This document shows positions 29,774 through 39,434 of a DNA stretch of 64,000 nt, piece by piece. The notes under the pieces were generated by a model. The model made no database searches, was not told the origin of the DNA, and saw only the letters and a list, made by a program, of their open reading frames with translations. Each line of letters begins with the position of its first letter. Positions within the stretch are counted from its first letter, which is position 1. A program made the position numbers and the translations under genes. Source of the DNA: a virus; the IMG/VR virus record IMGVR_UViG_3300033148_006102, positions 96,001 to 160,000 of that record. The stretch is one strand, 5' to 3'.

Positions 29774-30987
29774 TGGCGAAGAAAAAAGTCAAATCGAAAC
29801 GTAAGTTGCTCAAGCGGCGACCCCGGCGTATGTCGGAAGATGAACTGCTTGAGGAATTTGGCATTGCCCGCAACGTTCTCTACCAGAGCTTTGATATTAA
29901 GATCCTCAATCTCAAACGAGACGAACAGTTTGGTATAACCTTCTACTACGTACCGTCGTCGGCGAAGCCGTTGCTTCAGATGTTGGGTGCGCATCCGCTA
30001 AGTATCGTAGACGCAATTAACGCGAAGACCGAAGCATGGGATGAAGAGGCTGCGGTATGGCGTAAAGAAAAGGATCTACCGTCTCGGAAGATAATGAGTA
30101 CAGCGGCAGTTGGAGAAGCTTTGGGGCGACCACGCCCACAACGCCTACCTTGTCCGCCCTATTTCCCTTTCATGATGCTGTTGATTTTTACGCGTAAGGA
30201 TCAATACGTATTTGACGAGTTAGTTCGACGTAATCTGGTTAAGGGTCGTCCGCCACTCATGTCTTTGCGCAGGATCAAACGATGGCGGGCAGAGCTGCGT
30301 CGTCGAGTATCACCGCCGTTGCAGAAAATGTTGGACGGCAAGATGCCCAAGTCGTTGCCAGAACGGAAAGCATGGGAGCTGTACCTCAAGTCTCTGGGAG
30401 TAGATCCGGAATATCAGTTGGTCACGCTGTTTAATCCGGTGTTCCAGGATAATTATGTACGAGTTGGCTTTGAGGCCTTGCTCATGTGTCGTACGACAAT
30501 GGGCCGCAAGGTGGTTATAGCAGAACGCTACTACAACTTACCATATTCGCAGGAGGAAATTGAAGCGTACCTGAACTTGTTTTATCGGATCAGTCATTTA
30601 CATCCAGCTGATCAGGAACTTTACTTAGAGAGTTTGCCAGCGACGGAGAGAGAACAAAAGCGTGATGCGCTGACGATGCCGTTCGACAAGTTTATGGTCA
30701 CATATCGGATTCCTACAAAGAATCCGGAGGGAGATACGGTGCGAGTTATGATGTATGATGCTTCACACGTTTGTTTGAAACTACATCCGAGCATGCCTGG
30801 CTACGAAAAGGCCGTGGACCAGGCAGTTCGTGCTTTCTCACGTATAACGACTCTGGCACGGGATTTGGAATTGCCTGTGTCGAAGCCACGACGCCCATGG
30901 GCACCGGTGAAGAAGATTGGGAACATTCGGGATTTTAAGCGGGTTGTCCGTACAGCAGGAGGCGGAGGATCAAACTCCGGCTCATGA
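29773..30987 (+). CDS. Hypothetical protein directly upstream of TerL (possible small terminase/packaging factor)
   Basis: 404 aa, basic N-terminus MAKKKVKSKRKLLKRRP; function inferred from position only. Confidence 0.55.
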   Translation: MAKKKVKSKRKLLKRRPRRMSEDELLEEFGIARNVLYQSFDIKILNLKRDEQFGITFYYVPSSAKPLLQMLGAHPLSIVDAINAKTEAWDEEAAVWRKEKDLPSRKIMSTAAVGEALGRPRPQRLPCPPYFPFMMLLIFTRKDQYVFDELVRRNLVKGRPPLMSLRRIKRWRAELRRRVSPPLQKMLDGKMPKSLPERKAWELYLKSLGVDPEYQLVTLFNPVFQDNYVRVGFEALLMCRTTMGRKVVIAERYYNLPYSQEEIEAYLNLFYRISHLHPADQELYLESLPATEREQKRDALTMPFDKFMVTYRIPTKNPEGDTVRVMMYDASHVCLKLHPSMPGYEKAVDQAVRAFSRITTLARDLELPVSKPRRPWAPVKKIGNIRDFKRVVRTAGGGGSNSGS

Positions 30988-32725
30988 TTCGGAGTTCGAC
31001 GAATCGTATGTTCCTGTACGCTGTGCGTATGACGTAGTACCTGAAGAGCTTGCAGCTCCAGAGGACGAGTATCTCTACTCCGGACCTCGTGATAAGTCAC
31101 GTCCAGATCTTTTGATAGACGAATACCGGAATATACCGCCATTATACGATGGTGCGGATGTCCTGCGGTATTCGGATGTTGCCGCGCAGTATCTGTTCGT
31201 TATGGGCCGACCGTTCAATCTGATAGATCGGCCATTTCTGCGTGAGATTATGGACATTGACTCTCGCGAGACGCACTTGCAGTGCGGTCGCCAGGTCGGT
31301 AAGTCCATTACGATGGCGTCGGAGCTGATTATTCACGGTACTGGCGTCCCAAACTACCCACAACTGTACGTAACGCCACGAGGTGGGCAGGCATCTGTTT
31401 TCTCGCGTGACGTGTTCAACGCTATCTGTAAGGACTCTCCGGAGATTATTCCGTTTGTATCAGGTGAGGCTACTTGGCAGGTGAACGCCCGCGAGTTCAC
31501 AAACAGATCTCGTACATATTTCCGTTCGGCCTTTCACACACCTGACGCTATTCGCGGAATTACGGCAGGTCGTATCATTTACGACGAACGACAGGACTTG
31601 GTATCTGATTTTGTTGCAGTCATTAACGAATGCGCTGCCAACTTCCCTGATCGTCGTACAAAATTCGTCGGTACACCAAAATCCAAATCGAACATGCTAA
31701 GCCGCGATTTTTATAAGTCGACGGCATGCGAATGGTTGGTGCGTTGTGACGCATGCAATCATTACAACTACCAAGACATGTCGATTATTGGTGATACTGG
31801 TTATATCTGTCAGAAGTGCGGCAAGCCAATTGACGTTAGTAGCGGTTGTTGGGTACCAGCGAATCCGTCCAAGGTCGGTGATTCAAACGGTTATCGAATC
31901 ACCCAGATGATGAACCCGAATGTTAGTTTTGCAGACGTCAAGCGAAAGATTGAGGATCAGGCGTCTACCGAGCTGACAGTCCATAACGAGATTTTCGGGT
32001 TACCGTACGACGAAGGTGCTCTGGTTATTTCGGAAGAGGACGTCGCCCAATGCTGCCAAGGCTACACAATGGCGCCGCGTACTGGAAAACGGTATCCATT
32101 CCGTCTCTTCGCTGGTGTTGACTGGGGTGGAGGAAACCAGGAGAACCAGCAGGCAAGCTATACGGTTATGTGTATCGGGGGTTTTCGTGGTGAGCAGTTC
32201 AAAGTCGTGCACTTTACGAAGTTTGAGAGACACGAAGCAGACATTTACCGACAGCCAGAATATATTAACGACATTGGCCGTAAATTCCGAATCCATCGCA
32301 TGGTGGGTGACTATGGTTTCGGGACGATCAATAACCGTCGGTTGGTCAACGACTACGGATGGTCCCCTTTCTCGATGATGGAAGCACAGGCCACGAATGC
32401 TCGTGAATATGTGAAATGGATCAGGGCAGGTCGTTGGGGTTACAATCGTACAGAAGCATGTATCAAGATCATCGATTCCATCAAACAGCACAGAATAGAC
32501 TTTCCGCGTTGGGAAGACATGAAGCCATTTGTGTCGGATTTTACGGGAATCTTTGTCGAGACTGACGCCCGTGGAAATATCACATTCGATCACAATACGC
32601 CAGACGACGCGTTCATGGCGCTGTTTTACTGCTATCTGGCCGCTACGTTGGATCTCAAGGGTGTTTCCCGCTATGCCATCGAAAATTGGGCATCGGGTGT
32701 CAATAATCCTATTTACATGCAATAG
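30917..32725 (+). CDS. terL: Terminase large subunit
   Basis: Walker A LQCGRQVGKS, Walker B IIYDERQD, CDAC...CQKC Zn ribbon, nuclease AGVDWGG and DDAFMA; start uncertain (TTG 30917). Confidence 0.9.
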   Translation: MGTFGILSGLSVQQEAEDQTPAHDSEFDESYVPVRCAYDVVPEELAAPEDEYLYSGPRDKSRPDLLIDEYRNIPPLYDGADVLRYSDVAAQYLFVMGRPFNLIDRPFLREIMDIDSRETHLQCGRQVGKSITMASELIIHGTGVPNYPQLYVTPRGGQASVFSRDVFNAICKDSPEIIPFVSGEATWQVNAREFTNRSRTYFRSAFHTPDAIRGITAGRIIYDERQDLVSDFVAVINECAANFPDRRTKFVGTPKSKSNMLSRDFYKSTACEWLVRCDACNHYNYQDMSIIGDTGYICQKCGKPIDVSSGCWVPANPSKVGDSNGYRITQMMNPNVSFADVKRKIEDQASTELTVHNEIFGLPYDEGALVISEEDVAQCCQGYTMAPRTGKRYPFRLFAGVDWGGGNQENQQASYTVMCIGGFRGEQFKVVHFTKFERHEADIYRQPEYINDIGRKFRIHRMVGDYGFGTINNRRLVNDYGWSPFSMMEAQATNAREYVKWIRAGRWGYNRTEACIKIIDSIKQHRIDFPRWEDMKPFVSDFTGIFVETDARGNITFDHNTPDDAFMALFYCYLAATLDLKGVSRYAIENWASGVNNPIYMQ

Positions 32726-32734
32726 TGCCCACTT

Positions 32735-32787
32735 TCCCTCACACATTTGGCTATACAGTTAAGAGAAGAACCGGTTCTTGTGAGGGA
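32735..32787 (+). promoter_or_regulatory. Hairpin pairing the SD of gene 32793
   Basis: TCCCTCACA (32735-43) is the exact reverse complement of TGTGAGGGA (32779-87), which contains the SD; internal 14-bp palindrome AAGAACCGGTTCTT. Confidence 0.5.
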
Positions 32788-32792
32788 CGCAT

Positions 32793-34406
32793 ATGCGCGC
32801 CATGTTTACCTTAATATCGGAAGCGCTCGACGACGGACGCCTGTCGAAAAATGCAGCGATATCGCCGTCGCGTTATAAAGGCCAGAGTCCACAAGCGCCG
32901 CTACCGCAACAGGCATATACGTCTGGGCTGGAAGCGATGAAGGGACATGCGGACGTACAGCAGGCTGTTAATCGTGCTTTGCTGGAGCGCTTACCAAAAG
33001 TTGAAAAGCAGCCTAAGCCGGAATCGACTTACGAGCAAACTATGGCGCGACGAATGGCGCGTGGTGGCCAAGCAATGCCGACGGCGCAACCTACAGATAT
33101 TTTACCGCCGCAGCAGGCAAGTCCGTTTGCGCGTGCGCTGTCCAAACTGAAAGGTTTGTTTGTTGAGGCGAGCGACAGAATGGAGAAGAGCGCACTCTTC
33201 GAACAGTTGAAGGGCAAACTTCGTCGGACGCCCCAGCAAAAGCTGATTGAAGATGTTATCAAGAGCATTCCGCAAGAAGAGCACGTCAAGGCCAAGCAAA
33301 CAGAAGATCCGCTCCGGTACTTAGTGGAGCAGGCTGCGCCGAGATATTACTTGGGCGACGTCATGCGGAACCTCGGGCAAGGCAATGTTGAGTGGGGCGC
33401 GAATATGTTGACGCGCGAACTCCAAGAAAAAGCTTTGCCGACTGAAAAGCCTTTTCACGAAGCATTGTACGAAGCGCTGAAAGATCCACATGAAAAGGCG
33501 ACGCAAACGGCGGATCTGCAGGGGCTTCTTGGCGGCGCAGGTTTAGGGTTAGGTGGTCTATCCCTGTTACAGCAATTTATGGGCGGTGATCAGGAACCCA
33601 CCCAACAGCCAGATTATCGAGCGATGGCTATGGAAGCACAACAGCCAACTTTGGGCCAGATGGTAACCAAAAAAGTTGCCGCGGATAAACTGGCGGCGAT
33701 AGGTCAAAGAACGGCGTATGCTGGTGGACGTTCTGCGCTACCCGAAGGAATGGCCACTTTGGCGCCTGCGGGTTATGAAGATGGCGCACCGGTCATGGAT
33801 TGGTTCGATCCGAATAATCCGGAAGATGTGCAGCATTTGCCTGAATTCTTGCGCACAGGCTTTGGCGCAATGGGACGATCTGTTGATCCATCTGCGCTTG
33901 CACCGGCTATGCGGCATGAATCAAAGTCGGGGTTAGGTCGGGTATTGTCGACGCTGATAAATCCATATGCTGCTATGCGTAGATCTTCTTTACCAGTTGT
34001 TGGTACGGGAGCTGGACAGCAGGCACGTCAGGCAATGGCGGGATTAGCGTCGGCAGTTGGGCAGCCAGGTACGTCACAGCATCAGGCCTTACAACAAATC
34101 GCAGGCGGTAAGCGGCTGGATCGTGGCGCATTTGCTGCGATGCTGCCAGAAATTAAATCGCGTATCGCACAAATGACTGGACGTGGCGGGCGCGATATTG
34201 GTGGCCAAGCACAGCAACTTTTGGAAATGGCCGGCGGCGGAGCGCCAGGTGCGCGGGCATTTGGTGTAGCACAAGGGCCAATGGGCAATATTAATACTGG
34301 TGGAACACAAGCGCCGATGCAGGTTCCGTGGATGAAACTGATGGGCGGCGCAGCAGGATTGATTTTACTCAATCGTCTTATGCAGAACATGGGTCTGGGA
34401 AGATAG
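32793..34406 (+). CDS. Putative internal head/ejection protein (Q/G-rich, K-x-A motifs)
   Basis: EKSA, KKVAADKLAA motifs; Gly-zipper segments LQGLLGGAGLGLGGLSLL and MKLMGGAAGLILL. Confidence 0.55.
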   Translation: MRAMFTLISEALDDGRLSKNAAISPSRYKGQSPQAPLPQQAYTSGLEAMKGHADVQQAVNRALLERLPKVEKQPKPESTYEQTMARRMARGGQAMPTAQPTDILPPQQASPFARALSKLKGLFVEASDRMEKSALFEQLKGKLRRTPQQKLIEDVIKSIPQEEHVKAKQTEDPLRYLVEQAAPRYYLGDVMRNLGQGNVEWGANMLTRELQEKALPTEKPFHEALYEALKDPHEKATQTADLQGLLGGAGLGLGGLSLLQQFMGGDQEPTQQPDYRAMAMEAQQPTLGQMVTKKVAADKLAAIGQRTAYAGGRSALPEGMATLAPAGYEDGAPVMDWFDPNNPEDVQHLPEFLRTGFGAMGRSVDPSALAPAMRHESKSGLGRVLSTLINPYAAMRRSSLPVVGTGAGQQARQAMAGLASAVGQPGTSQHQALQQIAGGKRLDRGAFAAMLPEIKSRIAQMTGRGGRDIGGQAQQLLEMAGGGAPGARAFGVAQGPMGNINTGGTQAPMQVPWMKLMGGAAGLILLNRLMQNMGLGR

Positions 34407-34409
34407 CTT

Positions 34410-35780
34410 ATGTTTACTCAACAGGATGTGGACATCAGCGCCAAGCAGGCTGTCGAGGCATTCGTGCAAGATAGCGTGCCGCTCAGCGAATCGATCGCGA
34501 AGATCGCCGAAGAGCGTGAGCTGAACCCAAACAAGATTGCTCGAATCGTAGAGGCCGCGAATCATATGGCGAATCATGCCCTTCGCAAGACCGCGGAGGA
34601 CATGCGCTTTACGTTCAAATTAGCTTCAGTGGAGGACGTTCGCAATCTGTTGGATAACACCGGCGCGGATGCGCGTGCTTACAAAAAGGCATCAGCGCTG
34701 TCTGGTATCGGCGAACATGAAAAGACCGCAGGCGCACAAGAACCGGAATTCGTCCGTACTGCGGCTGACGGGTATAACGATCCAGATACTCGTTTGACCA
34801 TGTTCAAAATGGCGTTGCGTCAGATTGTTGCGCGTGCGAACAAGTATGCAACGGACGAAGAGTCTGCGGCTAAGTATGCCGAAATCAAGATCATGGAGCG
34901 ACGTGAGCAATTGGCGGACGAACTCCGTCCATTCGCGTTGGAGCATGAGCTGGATAAGGTTGCGGCGGTAATCGCCACGCGTTACAGCCGGCCCAACGCA
35001 GAGATGTTACTTGAGCATGTTCGTGACATTGTTGAACCAATGTCCAAGAAGATGCATTTCAAAGCGGCGCATGAGTCAGACCTGGCGATGCTGCGGTTGC
35101 CGGAAGGTGACGAAGTGCAGGCCAACGTACCGCGTATCAACGGTAATCACCCGATGGTAGTTGCGTTGGATGACATCAAGGGCTTGGAGTATGACCGGGA
35201 TCGTCGGCGTGCGACGTCGAATTGTCACCGGATGTATTCAAATGCGGGTGTGACCGCGTTGTACGATCTGAACGACAACGATAGCGTGCATCGTTTCGTA
35301 CTTGAGCAGGTCATGCGCTTCCGCGATCGTTTTAAGGATGCTCCGAAGATTGCCATAGATGGTATGGCTGAGGCGCTCAAGAACGCGGCCGAGGATCTCC
35401 TATCACACTTGGATGATGCCCAGGTTGAGAAGGTTGGGCGTTATATGGAAGTCGATGGTCCAGAGTACGGCTTCTTGTACGCCATGATGAAGGTTGCACA
35501 GGAAGATCCGGGCTTCGGCCTGAAACTTGGCCTAGCGTTTGATAAGCATGCTCAGCAGGATCTTTCAGCGTTGTTAGGGTCATCCATCGGTAACGAAGGT
35601 ATTGGCCGGTCGGCTGCGTCTTTAACAGGCGGAACTATGACGTTGAAGGGGCTCATCGACGTAATCTCGAAAGCCTTTACTGATCCTCGCACTGGCGTTC
35701 AAAAGGCGCCTTGGAGCTCTGCGGTACTTGGACCAAAGGGCGCAGTTCCTGAATACGTAGCACAGCAATACGGTGAATAA
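34410..35780 (+). CDS. Head-associated protein with K-x-A motifs
   Basis: KQAV, KIAE, KTAE, KLAS, KKAS, EKTA, KVAA, KVAQ, KHAQ; C-terminal Gly-rich segment. Confidence 0.6.
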   Translation: MFTQQDVDISAKQAVEAFVQDSVPLSESIAKIAEERELNPNKIARIVEAANHMANHALRKTAEDMRFTFKLASVEDVRNLLDNTGADARAYKKASALSGIGEHEKTAGAQEPEFVRTAADGYNDPDTRLTMFKMALRQIVARANKYATDEESAAKYAEIKIMERREQLADELRPFALEHELDKVAAVIATRYSRPNAEMLLEHVRDIVEPMSKKMHFKAAHESDLAMLRLPEGDEVQANVPRINGNHPMVVALDDIKGLEYDRDRRRATSNCHRMYSNAGVTALYDLNDNDSVHRFVLEQVMRFRDRFKDAPKIAIDGMAEALKNAAEDLLSHLDDAQVEKVGRYMEVDGPEYGFLYAMMKVAQEDPGFGLKLGLAFDKHAQQDLSALLGSSIGNEGIGRSAASLTGGTMTLKGLIDVISKAFTDPRTGVQKAPWSSAVLGPKGAVPEYVAQQYGE

Positions 35781-36400
35781 TGCTGAAGGTTGCAGACCAT
35801 CATCTGCTGTACGAAGGCGTACCAGAAGAAATGACTGCAGCAGACAGGCAGCAGCTGGCGCGTGTCTGCGGTATTGCCAAACGTGCAGCCAGCCAAGGTG
35901 ACGATATCGGCATACTTGAGGCCGTTACGGAAGCCATGCAGGGTCTCAGTCACGAGGCTGTCGAGGACGTCAAAGTGGCTGTCGAAGAAGTGCTTCCTTC
36001 AATAGATCCTGAGTTTGCCAAGGTTGCATCAAATATTGCTCGAGGACTGGGCCTGCTTTTGGGTACCGGTACGCTGCTTCGTTCGGGCCTAAATAAGGCG
36101 CAACGGCAGGAACGATTTAAGCAATCATTCATGCAAATGTTGCAGCGTAATCCTCATTTGAAAGATCGGCCGAATGAGGTGTCGGAGGCTTTCCAGGTGT
36201 TGTCGACGTACGCGCCATCACTAGCTGTGGATCCGATTGCCAGTGGTCATTTCGTATCAAACGTGATGCGACTGGGTCAAGGTGCGATCAGTCCAGCCAT
36301 GATCAAAGAGTTGATTGAGACCGAGTCGGCAAAGAGCGGAGATCCGCAAGCGCAGATGATGGATTTTGCACGTAGTTTGATGAGCATGAGGGATCAATGA
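35780..36400 (+). CDS. Head-associated protein with K-x-A motifs
   Basis: KVAD, KRAA, KVAV, KVAS, followed by IARGLGLLLGTGTLL. Confidence 0.6.
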   Translation: MLKVADHHLLYEGVPEEMTAADRQQLARVCGIAKRAASQGDDIGILEAVTEAMQGLSHEAVEDVKVAVEEVLPSIDPEFAKVASNIARGLGLLLGTGTLLRSGLNKAQRQERFKQSFMQMLQRNPHLKDRPNEVSEAFQVLSTYAPSLAVDPIASGHFVSNVMRLGQGAISPAMIKELIETESAKSGDPQAQMMDFARSLMSMRDQ

Positions 36401-37278
36401 GCGACGCGGCACTATCAGACTATATGAATACGAAAGTCGATGCTCCGACCGCTTTCGAAATTCCTCGTGAAAACGCACTTGAACGAACCACGATGCCAAC
36501 CAATCAACTGGTTGATGCTTTGCAGCGTAGGAAAGTTGTGAAAAAAGAAGCTGAAGAATTTGTGGGCAAGCTCAAAATTGGTGAGTTCATTGAGTATAAT
36601 CTGGGATTATCCCATAGTCCCACAAAAATAGCGTACATGCCTGCTTTGATGCCGGATATCGGCGGCGCGCTCGGCGGCGCGCTCGGAAAAGCTTGGGGCG
36701 GTATTAAACGCTTGTTTGTTGAGCCAGGCTCATCTGCACCGTCAGCTTTGACTGGAAAAGGCGTGCAGCGATTAGTTAGTAATCCCGCAACACGACAGAT
36801 GATACAAGCCGGCATTCGAAAAGGTACACAACAACATTTTCAGAGCGGGATACAGCAGCAGCAACAAATAACACCACGGCAGCAGCGACAGATTCAGCGC
36901 CGCTACCGTCAGTTAGCTGCTCGTCGGAATGTGCGACCAGGTCAAGGCCAACAGCAACCTCCTGCACAGCAGGCACAGCAGGCACAGCAGCCACCAGCCC
37001 AGCAACAACCTCCCGCACAGCAACCCCAGCAGGCACAGCAGGCACAGCAAGCACCGACTAACCTTCAGACATTGCTGTCGGATCCGAATATCGGGAATTT
37101 TTTGCAGTCGACATCGGGCATGATTAACCGCCTATTCCCCGCACAGGGAACCGGCTGGAAAGGCATGCTAACACAGGTAGCTACGCCCATATTGATGAAT
37201 ATGTTGATGCCGGCAAGAGGTGGCGGCGGTCCGCGGATGCCAGGATATAGTTACGGTGGAATTGGAGGCCGATATTGA
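36397..37278 (+). CDS. Q-rich putative internal head/ejection protein
   Basis: KIA followed by IGGALGGALGKAWGG; long Q/P/A low-complexity tract. Confidence 0.55.
   Translation: MSDAALSDYMNTKVDAPTAFEIPRENALERTTMPTNQLVDALQRRKVVKKEAEEFVGKLKIGEFIEYNLGLSHSPTKIAYMPALMPDIGGALGGALGKAWGGIKRLFVEPGSSAPSALTGKGVQRLVSNPATRQMIQAGIRKGTQQHFQSGIQQQQQITPRQQRQIQRRYRQLAARRNVRPGQGQQQPPAQQAQQAQQPPAQQQPPAQQPQQAQQAQQAPTNLQTLLSDPNIGNFLQSTSGMINRLFPAQGTGWKGMLTQVATPILMNMLMPARGGGGPRMPGYSYGGIGGRY
36950..37055 (+). repeat. Coding low-complexity tandem repeats (CAGGCACAG / QQPPAQ units)
   Basis: Repeated caacctcc(t/c)gcacagca and gcacagcaggcacagca units; also a perfect 12-nt tandem GGCGGCGCGCTC x2 at 36661-36684. Confidence 0.7.
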
Positions 37279-38819
37279 TCATCAAAACTGACATAGGCGG
37301 CTGCTGGGTAGACGGCGAACCTACCTATCTCGTGCTGGGCACGCGTCAGTTCGAGAAGATCGCGTCGTCGGAAATCTATATTCCAGCACGAATGAAATTA
37401 GCGGTTGACGCGTATCAGCCAGATGATGATCACGCTGGCGTCATCATTCACGGTTTGGGTAGTTCTGAGTATTGGGGACAGAATCGAAACGGCGACTTGT
37501 TCCCGGAGCAATGGGAAAAGCAGGCCAATCTCATTAATGATGATCCGACGAAGATGTGGGGTTATCACACCTTTGAGAAGAACGCATTCCCATTCCGGAA
37601 TCACAATAACAAGGATCCAAAATTTGCGCTTGGTCCGAAGGTTGTGTGCGCAGCATGGAATCCGAAGATGCATCGTGTCGAGGTCCTCGCGAAGATTGCA
37701 CGAGCAGTCGCGCCGGATATTGCAGATAAGATTGATGCTGATGAACCATTGATGTGGTCAATGGGCGCCAAGGTTCCATTCGATGTATGTACAGGTTGTG
37801 GTCATCGTGCGAAGACGGCTATGGAATATTGTGACTGTCTTCGCTTTAAGCGGGGTCAGATCACGCCGAAGGGTATCAAGATCGGCATGGAGAATCCGAA
37901 GCCGAATTTCTTCGATATTTCACAAGTAGGACGCGGCGCAGATATTTCCGCATATTCTTTGGCGAAGGTTGCTGGACTTGCTAACTGGAGTGATGCGACG
38001 TGTGATCAAAAGCCTCAGTTCAACGTGCCAGCAGAAAAAACTTCAGTACTTTTTTCTGACAAAATAGGTCAGCGTGATTCGACTGCTGCAATCGATAAGG
38101 AAATTCCGATGACTTCCGGAGATGCGACACCAGAGGAGGCGATCGGTCCAGAAGACATCGATGAAGAAACACTCAACCCTTGCCAAGAAGCAGTAGCAAA
38201 CACAATGCATCGGGCGCCGGCGCAGGCCACCATCATGATTCGCATGCGTGGAGAAGGCGCAGAAAAAATTCTTCCGATGCTTGCGCAACTCGGAATTATT
38301 CCAACGCCTGGTGAGGTAAAAGCGGCTGGTTGGTGCGTCAAAGATGTGCCTGAGAAACTTGCATTTACCTCCGGACAGACTACACAGTTATATGACCTCG
38401 TAGCACTGATTCCGCAAAGATCATTATTCGGACCAGTGTTGGGAGATCGGCTTCTCAAACAGGGATTATATGAGGGGCCGTGGCAGGATGGGAGTGATCC
38501 TGTCTACCGCGCAGTTGTCCAATGCTATATGAAGACGGCTGCGGACCCGAAAGCCCTGGGTGCATGGATCAGCACCATTAATCCCAAAGCGATTATGGCT
38601 CATATTGACCATGATCGTGGAACGGTCAAGGAGGCAGTTAGCTCGAATACGGCCGTTAAACTGATGTTAGTCCCGATGATCCTTGGTGGGATTTATTCTC
38701 ACAAGGAAGCACAGGGTGAAAAGCTTAGCGGTATGGAGAGATTTATTGCTACGAATCCTTTGGCCGCTGGAATGTCGTTGAATTACCTGGCAATGAAATT
38801 GTTAGGTAGGAAAAAGTAG
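37275..38819 (+). CDS. Prohead (maturation) protease with Zn ribbon and C-terminal extension
   Basis: FRNHNN (candidate catalytic His), WSMGAKVPFDVCTGCG (candidate catalytic Ser plus Zn ribbon), FFDISQVGRGAD resembling the HK97/assemblin-type E-x-S-x-V-x-x-PA motif; upstream of the scaffold and MCP genes. Confidence 0.75.
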   Translation: MIIKTDIGGCWVDGEPTYLVLGTRQFEKIASSEIYIPARMKLAVDAYQPDDDHAGVIIHGLGSSEYWGQNRNGDLFPEQWEKQANLINDDPTKMWGYHTFEKNAFPFRNHNNKDPKFALGPKVVCAAWNPKMHRVEVLAKIARAVAPDIADKIDADEPLMWSMGAKVPFDVCTGCGHRAKTAMEYCDCLRFKRGQITPKGIKIGMENPKPNFFDISQVGRGADISAYSLAKVAGLANWSDATCDQKPQFNVPAEKTSVLFSDKIGQRDSTAAIDKEIPMTSGDATPEEAIGPEDIDEETLNPCQEAVANTMHRAPAQATIMIRMRGEGAEKILPMLAQLGIIPTPGEVKAAGWCVKDVPEKLAFTSGQTTQLYDLVALIPQRSLFGPVLGDRLLKQGLYEGPWQDGSDPVYRAVVQCYMKTAADPKALGAWISTINPKAIMAHIDHDRGTVKEAVSSNTAVKLMLVPMILGGIYSHKEAQGEKLSGMERFIATNPLAAGMSLNYLAMKLLGRKK

Positions 38820-38866
38820 CAAGTTATTCGTGCCATGTGGCATAGTTTCAAGGAATCGGAGAAACA

Positions 38867-39370
38867 ATGAATCGAGAAGAGATCATTGCTGCGTTGAAGG
38901 ACGTCGTGGATGCCGAAAAGACGGCAGAGGATTCAACGCCCGCGAACGTTGAGCCGGAAAAAACTCCTGACGAGCAAAAAACTGCGGAAGAGCAGAAGAC
39001 TGCCGAGCAGGAAAAGATTGCGGCGCAGGCCAAGGTCGCCGGTTATCTGGGTCGTCTTGTTGCCCAGTCTTTCGTCGCAGAGACCATCAAGCTTGCTCAG
39101 AAGCTTGGCGGATCCGGACAGAATGCTGTTGCCACACCAGGTGGTAAGGAGCATGAGGTAAAGGGAACGGGCGGCGCCGGTAGCCAGCTCGCTTCGCAGG
39201 CCGATGCTATTGGCACGACCAAGAAGACCCCGCCGGATGAGGCCAACTCCAAGCATCTCAAAGAAGATGATGCGATGGCCGGACGCCCTGGCGCTGTCAA
39301 CAAGTCTCAGAACACAGATTCTGAGAAGAGCGTTGGCGGTTCCAAGCTGAATCTCGGCTCCGCTGCATAG
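38867..39370 (+). CDS. Scaffold-like/internal head protein
   Basis: EKTAED, QKTAEEQKTAEQEKIAAQ, KLAQ; low complexity; strong SD GGAG. Confidence 0.6.
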   Translation: MNREEIIAALKDVVDAEKTAEDSTPANVEPEKTPDEQKTAEEQKTAEQEKIAAQAKVAGYLGRLVAQSFVAETIKLAQKLGGSGQNAVATPGGKEHEVKGTGGAGSQLASQADAIGTTKKTPPDEANSKHLKEDDAMAGRPGAVNKSQNTDSEKSVGGSKLNLGSAA

Positions 39371-39434
39371 CTAATCGTTTAACCACGATTACTTGTGCTT
39401 GGACAATACTTGGCACGTCTACTTAAAAGGACGG

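Noticed and set aside
32000-32746. Long antisense ORFs (e.g. 32000..32746, 41716..42255, 49118..49813, 2667..3314)
   Set aside because: They lie opposite well-supported genes, lack motifs and SDs, and are expected shadows of biased codon usage.
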